NCBI GenBank assembly: GCA_000320545.1
Contig: ADNK01000002.1
Location: 124,001-188,000 of the forward strand
Source: Bigelowiella natans CCMP2755
Lineage: Eukaryota > Protista > Cercozoa
Length of the DNA: 64,000 nucleotides
Direction of reading: 5' to 3'
The notes beneath the pieces are model-generated. The model was not told the origin of the DNA and did not search any database. It saw nothing but the letters and a program-made list of their open reading frames with translations. Numbering within the stretch: the first letter of the stretch is position 1; each line of letters begins with the position of its first letter. Below are positions 24,301-36,964 of this stretch, piece by piece. Position numbers and translations under genes: made by a program.

Positions 24301-26369
24301 CCTTTGTCGATATCCCAATCATCAGCTGGGGGGGTCTTGTCCAGTAGCTCCGTTATCTGTCGGATGGTCTTGCCGGGGTTCTTCTTCCGTAGCTCGGTAG
24401 GTGTAGGTAGCTTGTTGTCCGCTAGGTCCATAAACTCTAACGCATTAACGCTTGACTCAGAGGTCCACTCGTCAAGCCGTATCATGTTCTGGCTGATGGT
24501 CCTGCCTGACTTCTTTGGCAACTTAGCAAAGTATATCTTGTGATTGTAGAATGATATGATCCCCCCTAATTTTTCTAGGGCATCCTGTCCGAGGAGTAGT
24601 TCCATGGATAAAGTCATGGCTACTCGGGTCTTGATTTGGGTCTCCGCGTCGCTGCCAGGTATCTGTAGCTTTAGCATTAGCTCACCGACGGTCTTCATGG
24701 AAGAGCTTCCGTCTGCTTGAGCATATTTACGTTCTTTCTTAGTCACTTGATCCAATAGTCCTAACCTTCTTACTGTGCTTAGGCTTATGAAGGACTTCGG
24801 CATGCTGCCACTATCCCAAAGGGCAGGTAGTTTCTTGTAGTCTCCGTAGCTGTCTTTAACTTTAACCTTGGTCATAGCAACTTTGATAGTCCTGTTAGCG
24901 TCTTCGTCATTAATGTTGCATACTCCTAAGTTCTTTATGTCGTCTAGGGTCATGGGCTTGTCTTGGTCCTGCGTTGCTGGTACTGCTGTCTTCGTCGGCG
25001 CCTGCTTAAGGTGATCTAATATTCCGTTTATCTGCTGCTGTATAGCATTAATACTGTTCTGCTTTTTGTTCTTATATTTATTGTTCTTCCCGTTGTTGCT
25101 GCCTTGCCATTTGCTGTTGTTATATCCTTGTCCTCTGCCTTTCTTTCTCTTTAACTTCTCGTAGTGTTCGTTGAGCTGCCTGATCGTCATCCTGGGTCGT
25201 CCTTCTTTCCTGTCTCTGCAGTCTTTAGCGGTGTGTTTCCCTTTACGTGAGCAGTATCCGCAACGTCGGTTACCTTCCCTGTCCTTGTACCAGTCTCGCT
25301 GCGGCTTAATAGCGTTAATGTTTCCTATGCCAGGTACCTTAGGGCTGGTAAACTTGCGGTCCTGCTCCTGCTCGCGTAGGGATATAGCCTGCACTGCTGC
25401 CTCCATCGTGGTGTAGCCTTTCTCCGTAACGTAAGTGGATTCCTTTATCTTTAACTTGAACTCTTCAAACCTTGCCTGATCATCACCTGTGTTGTAATTA
25501 AAATCATGTAGTTCGTCGATCATATCCTGGAAGCGCGTGGCAAAGTCTCTAACAGGTTCTCTCTCATGCTGCATCATTGCTCTGTATTTTCTAATAGCCT
25601 GGGGTAGGGAGTTAGCATCCTGTTCATTTACAAAAGCCTTCATTATCGCCTCAACGTCTCGTAGCCCACTAACTGTAGTGTGTATTTTCTCTAGCTGCCT
25701 GATCCGGGTCCTGCCTGTCTCGTAAAGGTCCATGGCTTGCTTTATTATAGCTAGCCATTTGAGCTTGTCGTTTTCGGTGGGGTTAGGGGTAAAGTCGCAG
25801 AGTATACTCCTAGCGTTCTTCCACCACCTCCTTGCCTCACCTCTTTTCCCGTTGTATTTCGTTATCATAACCGGTGCTGTTTTAACAGACATGAACTGGG
25901 TGTTCCGCTGTACCGGCTGCTGCTGCTTGACGGTGCTCTGGGTCGTCCCCCGCGAGGCGCCCAGACCCCCGTCGTTCCTAAACAAAGCTGCCCACTCTGG
26001 AGGTAAGTCTGCTTCGTAATCCATGATGTCCTGCATGATAGCTGCCCAAACATCATGTGTCTGATACTTGTATTCTATCGATACTTTCAGTTTGGCGTAG
26101 TTGCTCGCCCTGGGTCGCAAGGCTCGTAATGCCATTACGACCTTCTTGCTTTCGGCGGCCACGTCCTCGTCGTCCGCCTCGTAGAAGTTCTCCAGTGCCT
26201 CTGCTGCTGCATCTGCTTTCTTAATCCCGGGTGCTGGTCCCGGCGGTGCCTGTGGAGGTGTTCCTCCTCCTTCCTTAGCGTCCGTATCGCCCTTCCTTTC
26301 CTGTTTCTGCTCGTGCCCTTGCACGGCCTGCGAGCCAAAGTCCTGCTGTTCTTCTAGCTGCTGTGACAT
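21397..26369 (-). CDS. Gag-Pol polyprotein, copy 2 (Gag, CCHC knuckle, aspartic protease, RT, RNase H, integrase, C-terminal extra domain) with one 1-bp deletion at ~22517
   Basis: CGYCSRKGKHTAKDC, LWDSGS, SPWN, YVDD, TDWS...YSPTKGE...TDHKPL...ADYFSR, HGPAH...CRC, VQID...HVDN...SNSKVERLHRTL, and GPY/F-like DPFWGG...HISHLK. Confidence 0.93.
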
Positions 26370-26385
26370 TGTTAGTCAAATCGTT

Positions 26386-26403
26386 TCCCGTGTGTGGAAG
26401 CCA
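26386..26403 (-). promoter_or_regulatory. Primer-binding site TGGCTTCCACACACGGGA
   Basis: Begins with TGG (complement of tRNA CCA) 5 nt inside the 5' LTR. The complement TCCCGTGTGTGGAAGCCA resembles a tRNA T-arm/acceptor 3' end with G discriminator. Confidence 0.8.
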
Positions 26404-26408
26404 AAGGT

Positions 26409-26734
26409 TGTTGCGCGTAAGGTGTTCACAGGCCGAGGCGCTACGTGCACAAGTAGGCAGGGGGGGGGAAAGGCACGTTTGCTTCCTTTTGAAGAGTTGT
26501 GTTTATTTTTATTAAAGATTATATTTTTATTAAATCGTGCACTGCGTAATCATTCGCGAAGCTTTCGCGAATGCCGCCGCACGTGGGGCAGCACACTTCC
26601 GGTGTGCTGCCATGAGTCCCGCCGGAACCCACGTGCCTATGCTGTATTAATATCTACGTTATCTATATTCTATATCCGCGACAACCCCTTTGTTGTCGCA
26701 CGTGACTTGTGCCCGCGTAGTGGTACGCGCTACA
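26409..26734 (-). repeat. 5' LTR (326 bp)
   Basis: Matches the other two LTRs apart from G at 26481 (A at 16721 and 21092). Confidence 0.95.
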
Positions 26735-27088
26735 TCTAGCACTGCTAGACTGTGCCCACTTGCTAGATAGCCCACCTTGTTCTTGCTGAACAACAAGAAC
26801 AGCAGCAGCGCTCTGCAAGGAATTCCATGCTAGCATGCCTGCATGAGCACATATGCGACATGTGTGCCATCTAGCCATGCAATGTCTAGATGTGTTACAT
26901 GCAGCATGTGCTAGTGTTTGCCATGTACATCTAGACATTTAGCCTGTGTGTCTTCACATCATCATTTACATTGTGCAGAAGTGAAAATTGAGAGAAAAGC
27001 TCATTACCAACCTAGACTCGGTATCATAGCTTCTGTCTGTAAAGTTTTTCACTACTGGTAATGGCAACAGTCTGCGCTCATGAGTGAC

Positions 27089-28398
27089 TCACTGTGTTCC
27101 TAGAGCATTTGCTACCATCGTCGCAGATGCCACGTAAGCGTAAAGTGCTCCAACAGTTGATTTGATTGCCTCTTTAAGCTTCGGATCATTTATTGTCTTG
27201 TTTTCAATGTCACCTGCTTTTTGGTTAATAATATTCGTCTGATTGAGAACTTGCCGTGAAATTTGTTGATTCATTTGATTAGGGTTGTAGGGGCGAGTTC
27301 CGAAGTTTGATATACTCCTGAGGCTTGCCCTTGCTTGATTTTCGATTTGCCCTGCGAGATTGATCATCTCATTTACGACAGGTTGGTGAGGTTTGCTGAC
27401 AAGATAGCGGGTTGAAAGAGATTGGATTTGATGTGCAACATTACAAGCATCCCGAGCTAAATTCCAGAGATGAGTAGCCATTTGTCCTTTGCCCTTCGCA
27501 TTCTTCTGCTCCGCGAAACTTGGAACAGTGCTATAATCTACGGTCACAGTGCTAGGCAAAGGAGGAACGATCGTTATGCTCTCAGCGTCCATTTGCTTTG
27601 AATCGGATTTAGAATCTTCTTTCTCTTCAACACCCAGGACGATAGCTTTCGGAATCTTCTTCAAGCCTTCAACAAGAACAGATAATTTTGTTGCTCCATC
27701 TGTTGTTGATGCAATCGATTGGAAAGCAGGGCTTCTGCTCATGAAACTCCGCATCAAAAACGAGTCAATTTTAGCAATGATCTCGCGTTGACTCTCATTT
27801 GCAGCTGTAATAAGGCTCTTCTCACTCTCTGTGAGATCGCTTGAATCATCCAGCATGGCAATCAGCTTCCCTATGTACCTGAGAATAAGATTGCACGTGG
27901 ATAATTACTTCGAGCTCAAATAACACGAGGGTTAGTATTAACAATTGCACACTTATTCTTCTTCGCAATTTGAGTGGCTACGCGTTTGCAGTGTTCCCCA
28001 AGTCCAAAAATAATATGTCCTGCTAGATCTCTGAGTTGTCCTTCAATTTGACCATTTAAGTTGTCGATGTTTTGCAGCTCAGGATAGTCGTTAGTTGCGT
28101 ATGGAGCGAGCCAATTTCGACCTGAGACCAAATTATAAATAGTAAGTGAAGTTCTCTATTGAGTTCATTGCAGGGGCATCTTTAGGTAAGGGTATGGTAG
28201 GGAAAGGAAGCATTCACGAGCCGAAAGGAATTATCCCAAAATATTGCTTCGTCAATCAGGACTGTTGAGTGAGATACTAAGTCACATATGATTGAGCTGT
28301 TTACATTCATGGGAGAGGTTTCCTGCAAGTATCGCAGCGGTATGTAGCTCCTGGTTGCCGACGGCAACGAAGAAGGGGTTGGCCGGAACGCGAGGCAT
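27089..28398 (-). CDS. Uncharacterised helical protein with internal duplication, multi-exon
   Basis: 255-aa terminal ORF plus upstream in-phase coding segments (MPRVPANP..., ...NLNGQIEGQLRD...). No family recognised. Confidence 0.65.
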
Positions 28399-28576
28399 GA
28401 TGAACTCAGAATGGGGTGTGTCGCTTCGTCTTGAATCTGTTCTGATTTCTATGATTTTCCCATGTCGCAAACCAATTTTGCCATGAATAAATATTATGCG
28501 ACAATCCTCGCGATTGGACTCCGATTTACTTCTTGGATTCCGAAGGACGGAGCCAGCCGACGTGCACTTGCTTTCG

Positions 28577-31077
28577 ATGGAGATCGCATTGGACGAAGAC
28601 GGTCGTATCGCCGGCTTCTCGCATGTGGGAATCGACTTCAGTTTCAGGGTGTTCCCATCGGCGATAGATGGAGAGGACCAAAGCTTGGTGCGGAAGCTGC
28701 AGAAGGATTGCCAGGTTGCGTTCTCGGCGAGATCTGCGAAGGTGACTACAATGACCAGACTTTCACTGATATATCCAAATAAAAGCATTCTGTAAAATAT
28801 TCCATAGCTTTGTAGAACGCGTGTGAATAAAATAAGTTGCTGCCTCCTCAATCCACTCACCCATTTCTGATTGATGCGATAAAAAAAAATTGCTCAGGAA
28901 ACATCCGAGTACTCTTCAGGAGACACCTACTGGATATCCGATGAGGACACGCCTTGCAGTCTTCTTGAGCAAATAGCTCAAACGATATTCAGATTCCATG
29001 CAGCACGCGCTCTGAATATGGAGGAAGGGATACGAGCTGGGGGGAGGACCATAACCCTCGACAGAAAGCTTTCTGGTGCTGAGTTTTGGTATGCGCATTA
29101 AACAGAAACTCTTCAAGGAGAAGAAGAAGAAGAAGAAGAAGAAGAAGAAGAATAAAACACAAATAATGTCGCAATGTAGGACTCTGGCGATGGATCCAGA
29201 GGACGAGGTAGGGTGGCACTGGGATAAGGACTACTCTGCAGAATCAGACGGTCACCCAAAACCTTCTGAAGAAGAAACACTACTTTCCCATCAACAAGTT
29301 GTGAATGTAGCTGCCATTACGAGTTGTCAATATTTTCTTTATGCTCTCGCCTAACAATAATTAGGCATCAACGTTCACCCATACATTGCAACCGGTACCC
29401 CACGGCACTACACGTGCTTGTAATCGTCGTTGTTGTCGTGATACTGTGAGTGTTGTATGTTGTCGTTCCTTCTCGTTTGTTCGTGCCTAACATGGCAACC
29501 ACAACTGTGTCGTCGTCATCACAACGTTGTTAGTTACGTATCTTTGCGACGCTGGCGCCCCCACTGTGTTCTTGGAGAAGTGCGTGGGGTCTCCTCTTGT
29601 GGATGAGGACTCAATAGAGGGCCCGGTAGTAGTAGTAGTAGTAGTAGTTGTTGTTGTTGTAGTAGTAATAGTAATAGGTCTTACGATCATCTTACATCGC
29701 TATAGTAGGCGCGTGGGAATGTAACCTCCTTCTTCATCTTAAAATACTAAAATAAAATCCTCGGTTGGTATGATGCTCTCAGATCAGCAAGGGCTACGTC
29801 AGCTGGCCTCTCACCGGAAAGCACGTAATCATCAATTTCATCACTGCCATCGCCTGATCAGCAAGATCATTTGCCGTCCAATCATTAATCTACTACCTTT
29901 CTCTTTTTCTAGCCCTCCGGTCAAGAATCTTAAAATATTATATATACAAATATGTGTGTGTATACTTTGATGTACACGAGCGATATTCATCAAAGAAGTT
30001 GTCGTTCTGCATGTCCTTTCTCCAATCATCACCTAATTGCGAATCACAGGTTTCCTTCGACGGTCGGTGGTTGCACGGAGCTCCTGAGGAGCTGCAAACA
30101 GTTTTCCACATCCCTGACGATAATAAGGAGTGCTCGGTCAATAGGAATGAAGACTGTGAGGAGGAGGAGGGGGAGGAGAAGGGATCCAGTGCGTCATTTT
30201 CGTCCAAACGCAAAAAACGGCAGCGACAGCGCCACCAGCGAGGGAGGAAGAAACGTGAGCGAGTAAGTGCAAACACCCTGGCTAGTAGCAGTACCAGTAG
30301 TGGCGGTAAAAGAAAAAAGAACGACAAGCGTAGGAGCAGTAGGAAAAATGCGAATTCTAAGAGAATCACATTCCTTGTGAACGTGTGGCTGAATCACAAA
30401 CCTGAACAAGCAAACCGCATGGCTCCAGCCCTCACGAGGTCGCAATATCCAAGTGTTGTTGTTGTTGATGTGGTAATTGTAGATTGGGGTGAGAAAGAGA
30501 GAAGGTGCATGATACTTACCGCGTATGTTTGTTCATGATGCAGATCTGAGCTCAGATTGATCAGTCTACGGTACCAAAACTTCAACTAAACCTCCTATTT
30601 TTCAGAAAGCTTTCGCCCGCAGTCCGTCGCGTGCCAATGGAGTTCCCTGAAATTAAGTTGGGCCAAAACACAAAGGCAAGCGGGAAACAACACCGAGGAC
30701 AGGGAAAGTATGGCAAGAAAATAGAAAAAAAAGTGAAGAAGTTTAATGAAGCACAAATAGCTTTAGGATCAGCAACTGCATCTATTAGGCAAAAACAGCA
30801 GTATGAGTGGGAGATTGCAAGAGATGCAGGTGATAATGATAGTAGCGGCAAAGTCAAAATCTTTCTTACAGTGGGCGGCAATAACCATGGTGTAAGTAAT
30901 AGCCCGTTGAAGATAAAATCAAAACGAAAAGATGGTGTTGGATCAGAAAATAGTGAATCAGATTCGCTCATATTCCAGAGGCATCGGTGTATTGAGCTGC
31001 AATTTGATTCGAATGAGGCTGGAATAAAAATGTGTGATGAACAGAGTGATGATGACGACAACGATAGTTGTAGTTAA
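28577..31077 (+). CDS. 2OG-Fe(II) oxygenase-like protein, multi-exon
   Basis: Exons give SGAEFW, GWHWDKD (HxD), VHP..ATV/TYLCDAGAPT, VSWP..GKH/VSFDGRWLHGA and RITFLVNVWLNHKP, consistent with the HxD...H...R pattern of a double-stranded beta-helix dioxygenase. Confidence 0.75.
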
Positions 31078-31672
31078 GAAGCTTCGGCGTAAAAAAAAAG
31101 TCGTTTCTTAATTATGATGCATGCGGAACTTAATGGTGATACTCTAGCTTTCATGATCTTGCGAAGAAAGTAGCAATACGCTTAAGTAGGCTGCACCATA
31201 TAACTGCATAGCACTAGAGCTGCATCATGTTGCGCTAGTGCGGTTGCCTGCGAAATCGTATCTACTCGCGAGAGTAGGCTAGTAGGGTGCAGTCAGCGCC
31301 AACATGTACGCCTCTCAAAGATCTAGAGATGTATAAATATATGCACTTGTTGACCTATATCAAGTTATATTTAGATATAGCTAGATAGCCAGTCTACCAT
31401 ATCACCGAAGTGGCAATTAGTAAAGGAGAGTATGTATAGCCCTAGTGCGCCTCTTTCAGCAGCCTTGCTGATGTCCCAATTTTGGCTGAACATTGCGTAA
31501 TGTAACATAGCTAGTTACGATGCTCAAGTAATGGCTGGAGATGTTCATCTTCCATGACATACTGCAAGTAAAATCTCAACTTTCAACATATAATAATCAG
31601 ATTTCTGGGGGTTCTGCTGGTTTACTTACATATAAAGAAATTCGCACACACACAAACATATGTATATATATT

Positions 31673-31720
<48 letters not shown>

Positions 31721-31832
31721 ATTTGTGCGATGCCTATACGGAGAAAAATAGCGACTACAGGTTTTAAGATTAGAGAAGTGGTGTAATAAATGTCTTTTTC
31801 CTAAACAGAAGCAAAAAAGCCTCATCAATAGA

Positions 31833-32289
31833 TTAAGAGCGAGACGGCTGGAGCTGCTTCAGGTCGTACTTGTACGCTGCGTTGAGAGCTAGAGGGACTC
31901 GAAGAGTGGTTTGATTCTGTATGAAACGTCGTCCTTGTCCGCATCCAGGAGGCCGTGGAGGTGCACAAACGAACCCTCGGGCTCCGAAGCGAGTGCCGTC
32001 TTGAGGTCCCAACTTTTCCATCCAGTTGTGCCTATCCGTCCTTCTTCAAAAAACGGGGAAATTGGGGATTTAGGAGGAGCTCATTCCGTCTTTGACATCA
32101 AACCATCATCGTTATCAGCACCAACAACGATAAGTCCATCATCAATGCCAAAGACTATATATACATATATTTATATATATACACATATTTATATATGCAA
32201 CCTGCCAGGACGCCCTTCGTTCGGAATACGCCTTCAGTCTTAGCTACATGGTACCTATACATCACCACCATCATTATTTATTTGAGTGT

Positions 32290-32328
<39 letters not shown>

Positions 32329-33038
32329 TGTGTTCAGATGCTATTCTCCCTGTCATTTTTACATAGCACGGCTACTGCGATTACAACTATTACTCCTACC
32401 ACAAATACCCCCCTCCTCCTCCTCTTCCTACTACTACTACTACTAATAATAATAATAATAATACGAAATCGCACTTTTCGAAGAGCCCAGCCATTTTCAG
32501 GAAACTGGCGTTGAGGCAGCAGAGGATGACACGTTATCATTGTAATCCAAGTGATGAAAGGGTGGGGGGGTAGAGGAGATTAACAACGTTAGGCCATGCG
32601 AATGATTTACACAACAACCATTCATGGTTATAGTAAAAGCAGAAGATCGTGCGTGCGCGCGCGCACACACGCACACACACGTACAAACACTTAGTCCATA
32701 TCAACATCAAAGCATCTACTTCACATATAAAGTGTGAGATGTTCTTCTTCTTATTGTTGTTATTACGAGTAGTAGAGCGAGTAATCACTCCATCCGAAGA
32801 GGTATCTAAGAAGGCTATATCTCCATGGCTGCTGATAGACGATCTCCAGGTACCTTTTTATTATTTATGGTGGTGGTGATGATGATGATGATGATGATGA
32901 TGATAACACGCTCGCAAGGAGCGAGAGGAGAAGCAATTATCACGAAGAACGTGCCATGAGCATTTACAACAGATATCATCAATTCTCCTCGGTCTGATGG
33001 CTACTGTCTTCTAAAAATGCTCGGAAGTAGTAGTAGTG

Positions 33039-33071
<33 letters not shown>

Positions 33072-33200
33072 CGTTTTGAGCTTGTGGACCCCCATTCTAT
33101 GGTAGAGTGAAGGCACACCGCCTGATAATAAATCAACATTGTATGCATGATTCGCAGTGTTAATGTGCCTAGGACAATGCATGTGTAGATATCTACATAT

Positions 33201-33248
<48 letters not shown>

Positions 33249-33311
33249 GTTAGTAGTTCTTTGTGTGCTCACTGCCAAGGATGCATCATCAATCATCTTT
33301 GATTATCATCG

Positions 33312-33356
<45 letters not shown>

Positions 33357-34309
33357 CCTCCCCCCTTACCATGCACGATGTCATCGGTCAGAATGGACTC
33401 GGGGGTGTCCAGCAATTGCGCTGCGCCCTATCATTTATATTTGCACCGCCACAATGATAACAACAACAACGTATCCTAGTTATAAACTGAAACGGGGTCG
33501 TTCTTCATCCCCCCCCCCCCCCCTTCCTTCCTCAGCACCACATAATATCAACGAATGCCACAATGCGCCACCTTCCATTGGTATGCTGTTTGAGGCGCCA
33601 TCGGTCCGAAGTTGGCGTTGGCTTTCCCCTTTTCCGTTATAAGCGACTGGTAGGACGTGGGACGCACGCACAGCACATCGGCGTCAAGAGCAAGATAAAA
33701 GTCACTGCTCACCCACTCTGCGGCAGCCAACTTTACGATCATCTGTTGTACATATACCATCGATTCGTGAGTTGTGTAAGAAAGAGTGGGTACTTGATAT
33801 GAGGAGGAGGAGGAGGATTATATGCGGATAACAAAATGGTGAAATATACAAATCCACACATGGCATGCGTATCCTTGCGAAGTACCCTTGTGATATAGCC
33901 AAACTTGTGCTCTTTGTAGTAGGGCGCAGTTTCTGATTCTGAGTGCTTCGTGAGGAAAAACCTACGATGGGTGGAGATCCACCAATCAACACGATGATGG
34001 CAATAAATATTCTTCGACTTCACCAATATGTTGTATGAGAGGAAGATACTTAGACACTTCGGAGAAAATACTTGTCGTCATCATCATCATCATCTTCATC
34101 ATCATCATCATCATCATCATTTAACACATCAGCAACATCAAGAACACACAACTACTTACAGTTCGGGCACGATGCTCGTGGCTTCAACGATGCGAAAAGG
34201 GAACAAGTTGTTGTGTCTAGAGTTGGCGCTTTGAACAAATCGCCTCACCTGTACGGTGTAGTAGTGGTAGGTGTGAGAATGCATCTTTGCGTTCCAAACA
34301 CAATGATAA

Positions 34310-34350
<41 letters not shown>

Positions 34351-34548
34351 AAGGAATCATCATGACACTACAGTGTGTCTTTTACTTGCTACTACTACTA
34401 CCTCTGCGATGTCTTCTGGCGCCACGACGATGAGGAATGTTGATATATCCGAGAGCTTAAAATATCTGAATAAGAGAGAAGAGGAGGTAGGTAGGAAAGG
34501 ATGAGGAGGACGATGGAGGAGGATGAGAAAAAGACTATAAGTATCACT

Positions 34549-34582
<34 letters not shown>

Positions 34583-35255
34583 GCGTGTTATCAGTTCGTG
34601 CCACCACTATGCTATACGAGTTCTGCATGCATGCATCCATACGCTACTGCTACTCCTTACTTCCGCAAAGACATGAGTTGTACGTCAAACGCAGTGAGAT
34701 CCTGCAACGACAGCATATGTAAGCACCGAGAATACAGCAAATAAATGGTAGTAGTAGTAGTAGCAGCAGTAGTAGTTGTAAAAGATGATGACGATGATGA
34801 CTTTGGGGAAGATTTTTGCCCATGGGAAGAGAAGATTAGCACCGGCTATAAGGTTGTACATTATTCTGGGTGGTGTTGATTGACGGATATCGAGAACTAT
34901 CATCAATCGTGCCAACACACGTCATGATTTGAAGTAAATCTCTCCTTGTACTTATTCTCTTCTTCTTCTCTTTCTCACTTCTTCCTTACAAACCTTTGCT
35001 TGCAAAGCTTCAACAATAGCTAGTTTCCCTTCTTGGTTCATCTACGTCGTTTACGATGATAATATCATGATTACAACGATGATGATGATGATGATGATGA
35101 TGATATATGATCATGATGGTTTATGATGATGATGATGTGATGCCTCATTTTCTCTTTTTCTTATGCAGCAATGATGCTAAGTTTGCAGTGAGTTCCCCAC
35201 CGATGCGATAGAAGCTGCAGGCTCTTCCATTGCTCCGATCTGTATTGAGGTGATA

Positions 35256-35291
<36 letters not shown>

Positions 35292-35686
35292 ATGACGGTG
35301 GTGGTAATGGTGGTAACCGTACGTCGGGGGATTGAATTTTATCATTCTACTCCCCCACTCGCCCCCCCTCCCCCCCCCACCATCGTGCTGTAATTCAGCA
35401 ATTACATCTTGTGCAAGTTTCATGTGCTTGGATTCTCGGACGCGCTTGAATGCCACCCTTGCGAACAACGCACTGCGAGATATTGTGATGCAAATGGAGA
35501 GATCAGGGAAGAATGTGGAAATGTGAAATGGCTCAATTCCGGTAAGAAGATTAGAAAACCGTCCCGCAAGTGGACGATGAATTTACCCGATGACAATGAG
35601 AAGGATCAGGATCATCAAGTACCCGAAGTATTTGGTCTTGTTTTTGGACAGCTGATGCATATACCAGCAATGATTTTCAAAACAAA

Positions 35687-35721
<35 letters not shown>

Positions 35722-35999
35722 GTTGTTGCGTTACGTATGATCTCACTTTGTTGATAGATTCGAGTCGATGCAGCCCGATTTGGCCCAGCGACGGTACGCG
35801 ATGAAACATGCTTCGCAAATTCTGAATATTACACAAACGAAATCGTTGTTCAATGGGTCAATAAACACTCAAGCCGGCATGCGGGAGACATAAACCTGTG
35901 TGCAAGCTAGTTTCTCTATTGGCTCTCCCAAGTCCACAAGCTCGTCAATTCCAAAACGTGCTTCCGACACCGATTTCCTCATCCGCTGGGAGGTCATGA
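31833..35999 (-). CDS. Putative type II membrane nucleotide-sugar transferase (DUF6492-like), many small exons
   Basis: Exon with QQ..VKLAAAEWVSSDFYLALDADVLCVRP (DxD) and an upstream hydrophobic segment (GYLMILILLIVIG). Both gene ends are approximate. Confidence 0.6.
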
Positions 36000-36011
36000 T
36001 ACGCAAACTTG

Positions 36012-36042
<31 letters not shown>

Positions 36043-36459
36043 GCTCTCTCTCTCTTTCCTCCCTCTGCTCTATTGCCACCGCCAGTCTGTGTGTGCCTTG
36101 ATCCCCGAAGTTGTTTGCACTCTTTTCGTTTCTTGGTTCGTCCCCTGCTGAATTCTTCGTGGCAAGTGAGAGAAAGTCAGAGAAGCAAGTACTTTGATTT
36201 CGCCTTGACAACACCAACATGCATGCAAGGGAATCACATCACTCACAACTATGCTCACCAGCGCATATCGCAGAAAAAGAGTGTATGGAAAAAGGAGAAG
36301 AAGCGTACTTTCGATGTGCGCGGCAGAACTCTCTAGGATCGCGCCAGAAGCATGGGGGCGTGGAGGGGCGTGTGATGCGATGTCTCCCGGTTCTTTCTTC
36401 CTGTCGGTTTGGCCTTTGAATGGTGTCTGCGACAACTCGGAAACCTTGTCTCGACTTAT

Positions 36460-36874
36460 TGAAGTAGTGGATATACTAAGGGATTTGGTTTCGGAATTTG
36501 GTGCGTGCTAAATTCCTACAAGACAGACCCCTTAAAAATTTCCTGGTAGAATTCCTAAATTGACACTTTTGAGATGGCAAAAAATAATGGATGACCTTAG
36601 AAAAATAATTTGGCTTACTTTAGCATCTCATCCGAAATATTATTTTAAAAAATGGTTTAAGTCGGCAGTAAATTTGATTTTACCTAAAAAACAAATGTCA
36701 AATTCCTGATTTCCAAATTATTTTTTTGGAAACCAGAAAAGAAATTTTTCACCTCCAAAAGTAGATCTAGGAATTTGACACGGAATTCCGAATTCCGTGT
36801 CAAATTCCTTATTTCGACTACTGTGTTTTTAGCACATTTTCGGAACCAAATAATTCCTTGTGTCCACTACTTCA
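36460..36874. mobile_element. MITE-like element, ~34-bp imperfect TIRs, candidate TSD TAT
   Basis: TGAAGTAGTGGA...ATTTGGTTTCG on the left versus CGGAACCAAAT...TCCACTACTTCA on the right. TAT at 36457-36459 and 36875-36877. Internal AAATTCCT repeats and a 41-bp palindrome. Confidence 0.65.
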
Positions 36875-36964
36875 TATTTCGCTACGTAGATCTACCCTAA
36901 AAAGTAATTTTTGCTGGAACATTGCGGAGCGGATAAGAGTGCAGAAAGAGCGCAAGGGCGTTAC

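Larger units (their letters stand above)
16616..26734 (-). mobile_element. Tandem Ty3/Gypsy LTR retrotransposon array (LTR-int-LTR-int-LTR) with 4-bp TSD TCTA
   Basis: Three near-identical 326-bp LTRs; domain order Gag-PR-RT-RH-IN; TCTA at 16612-16615 and 26735-26738. Confidence 0.96.
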
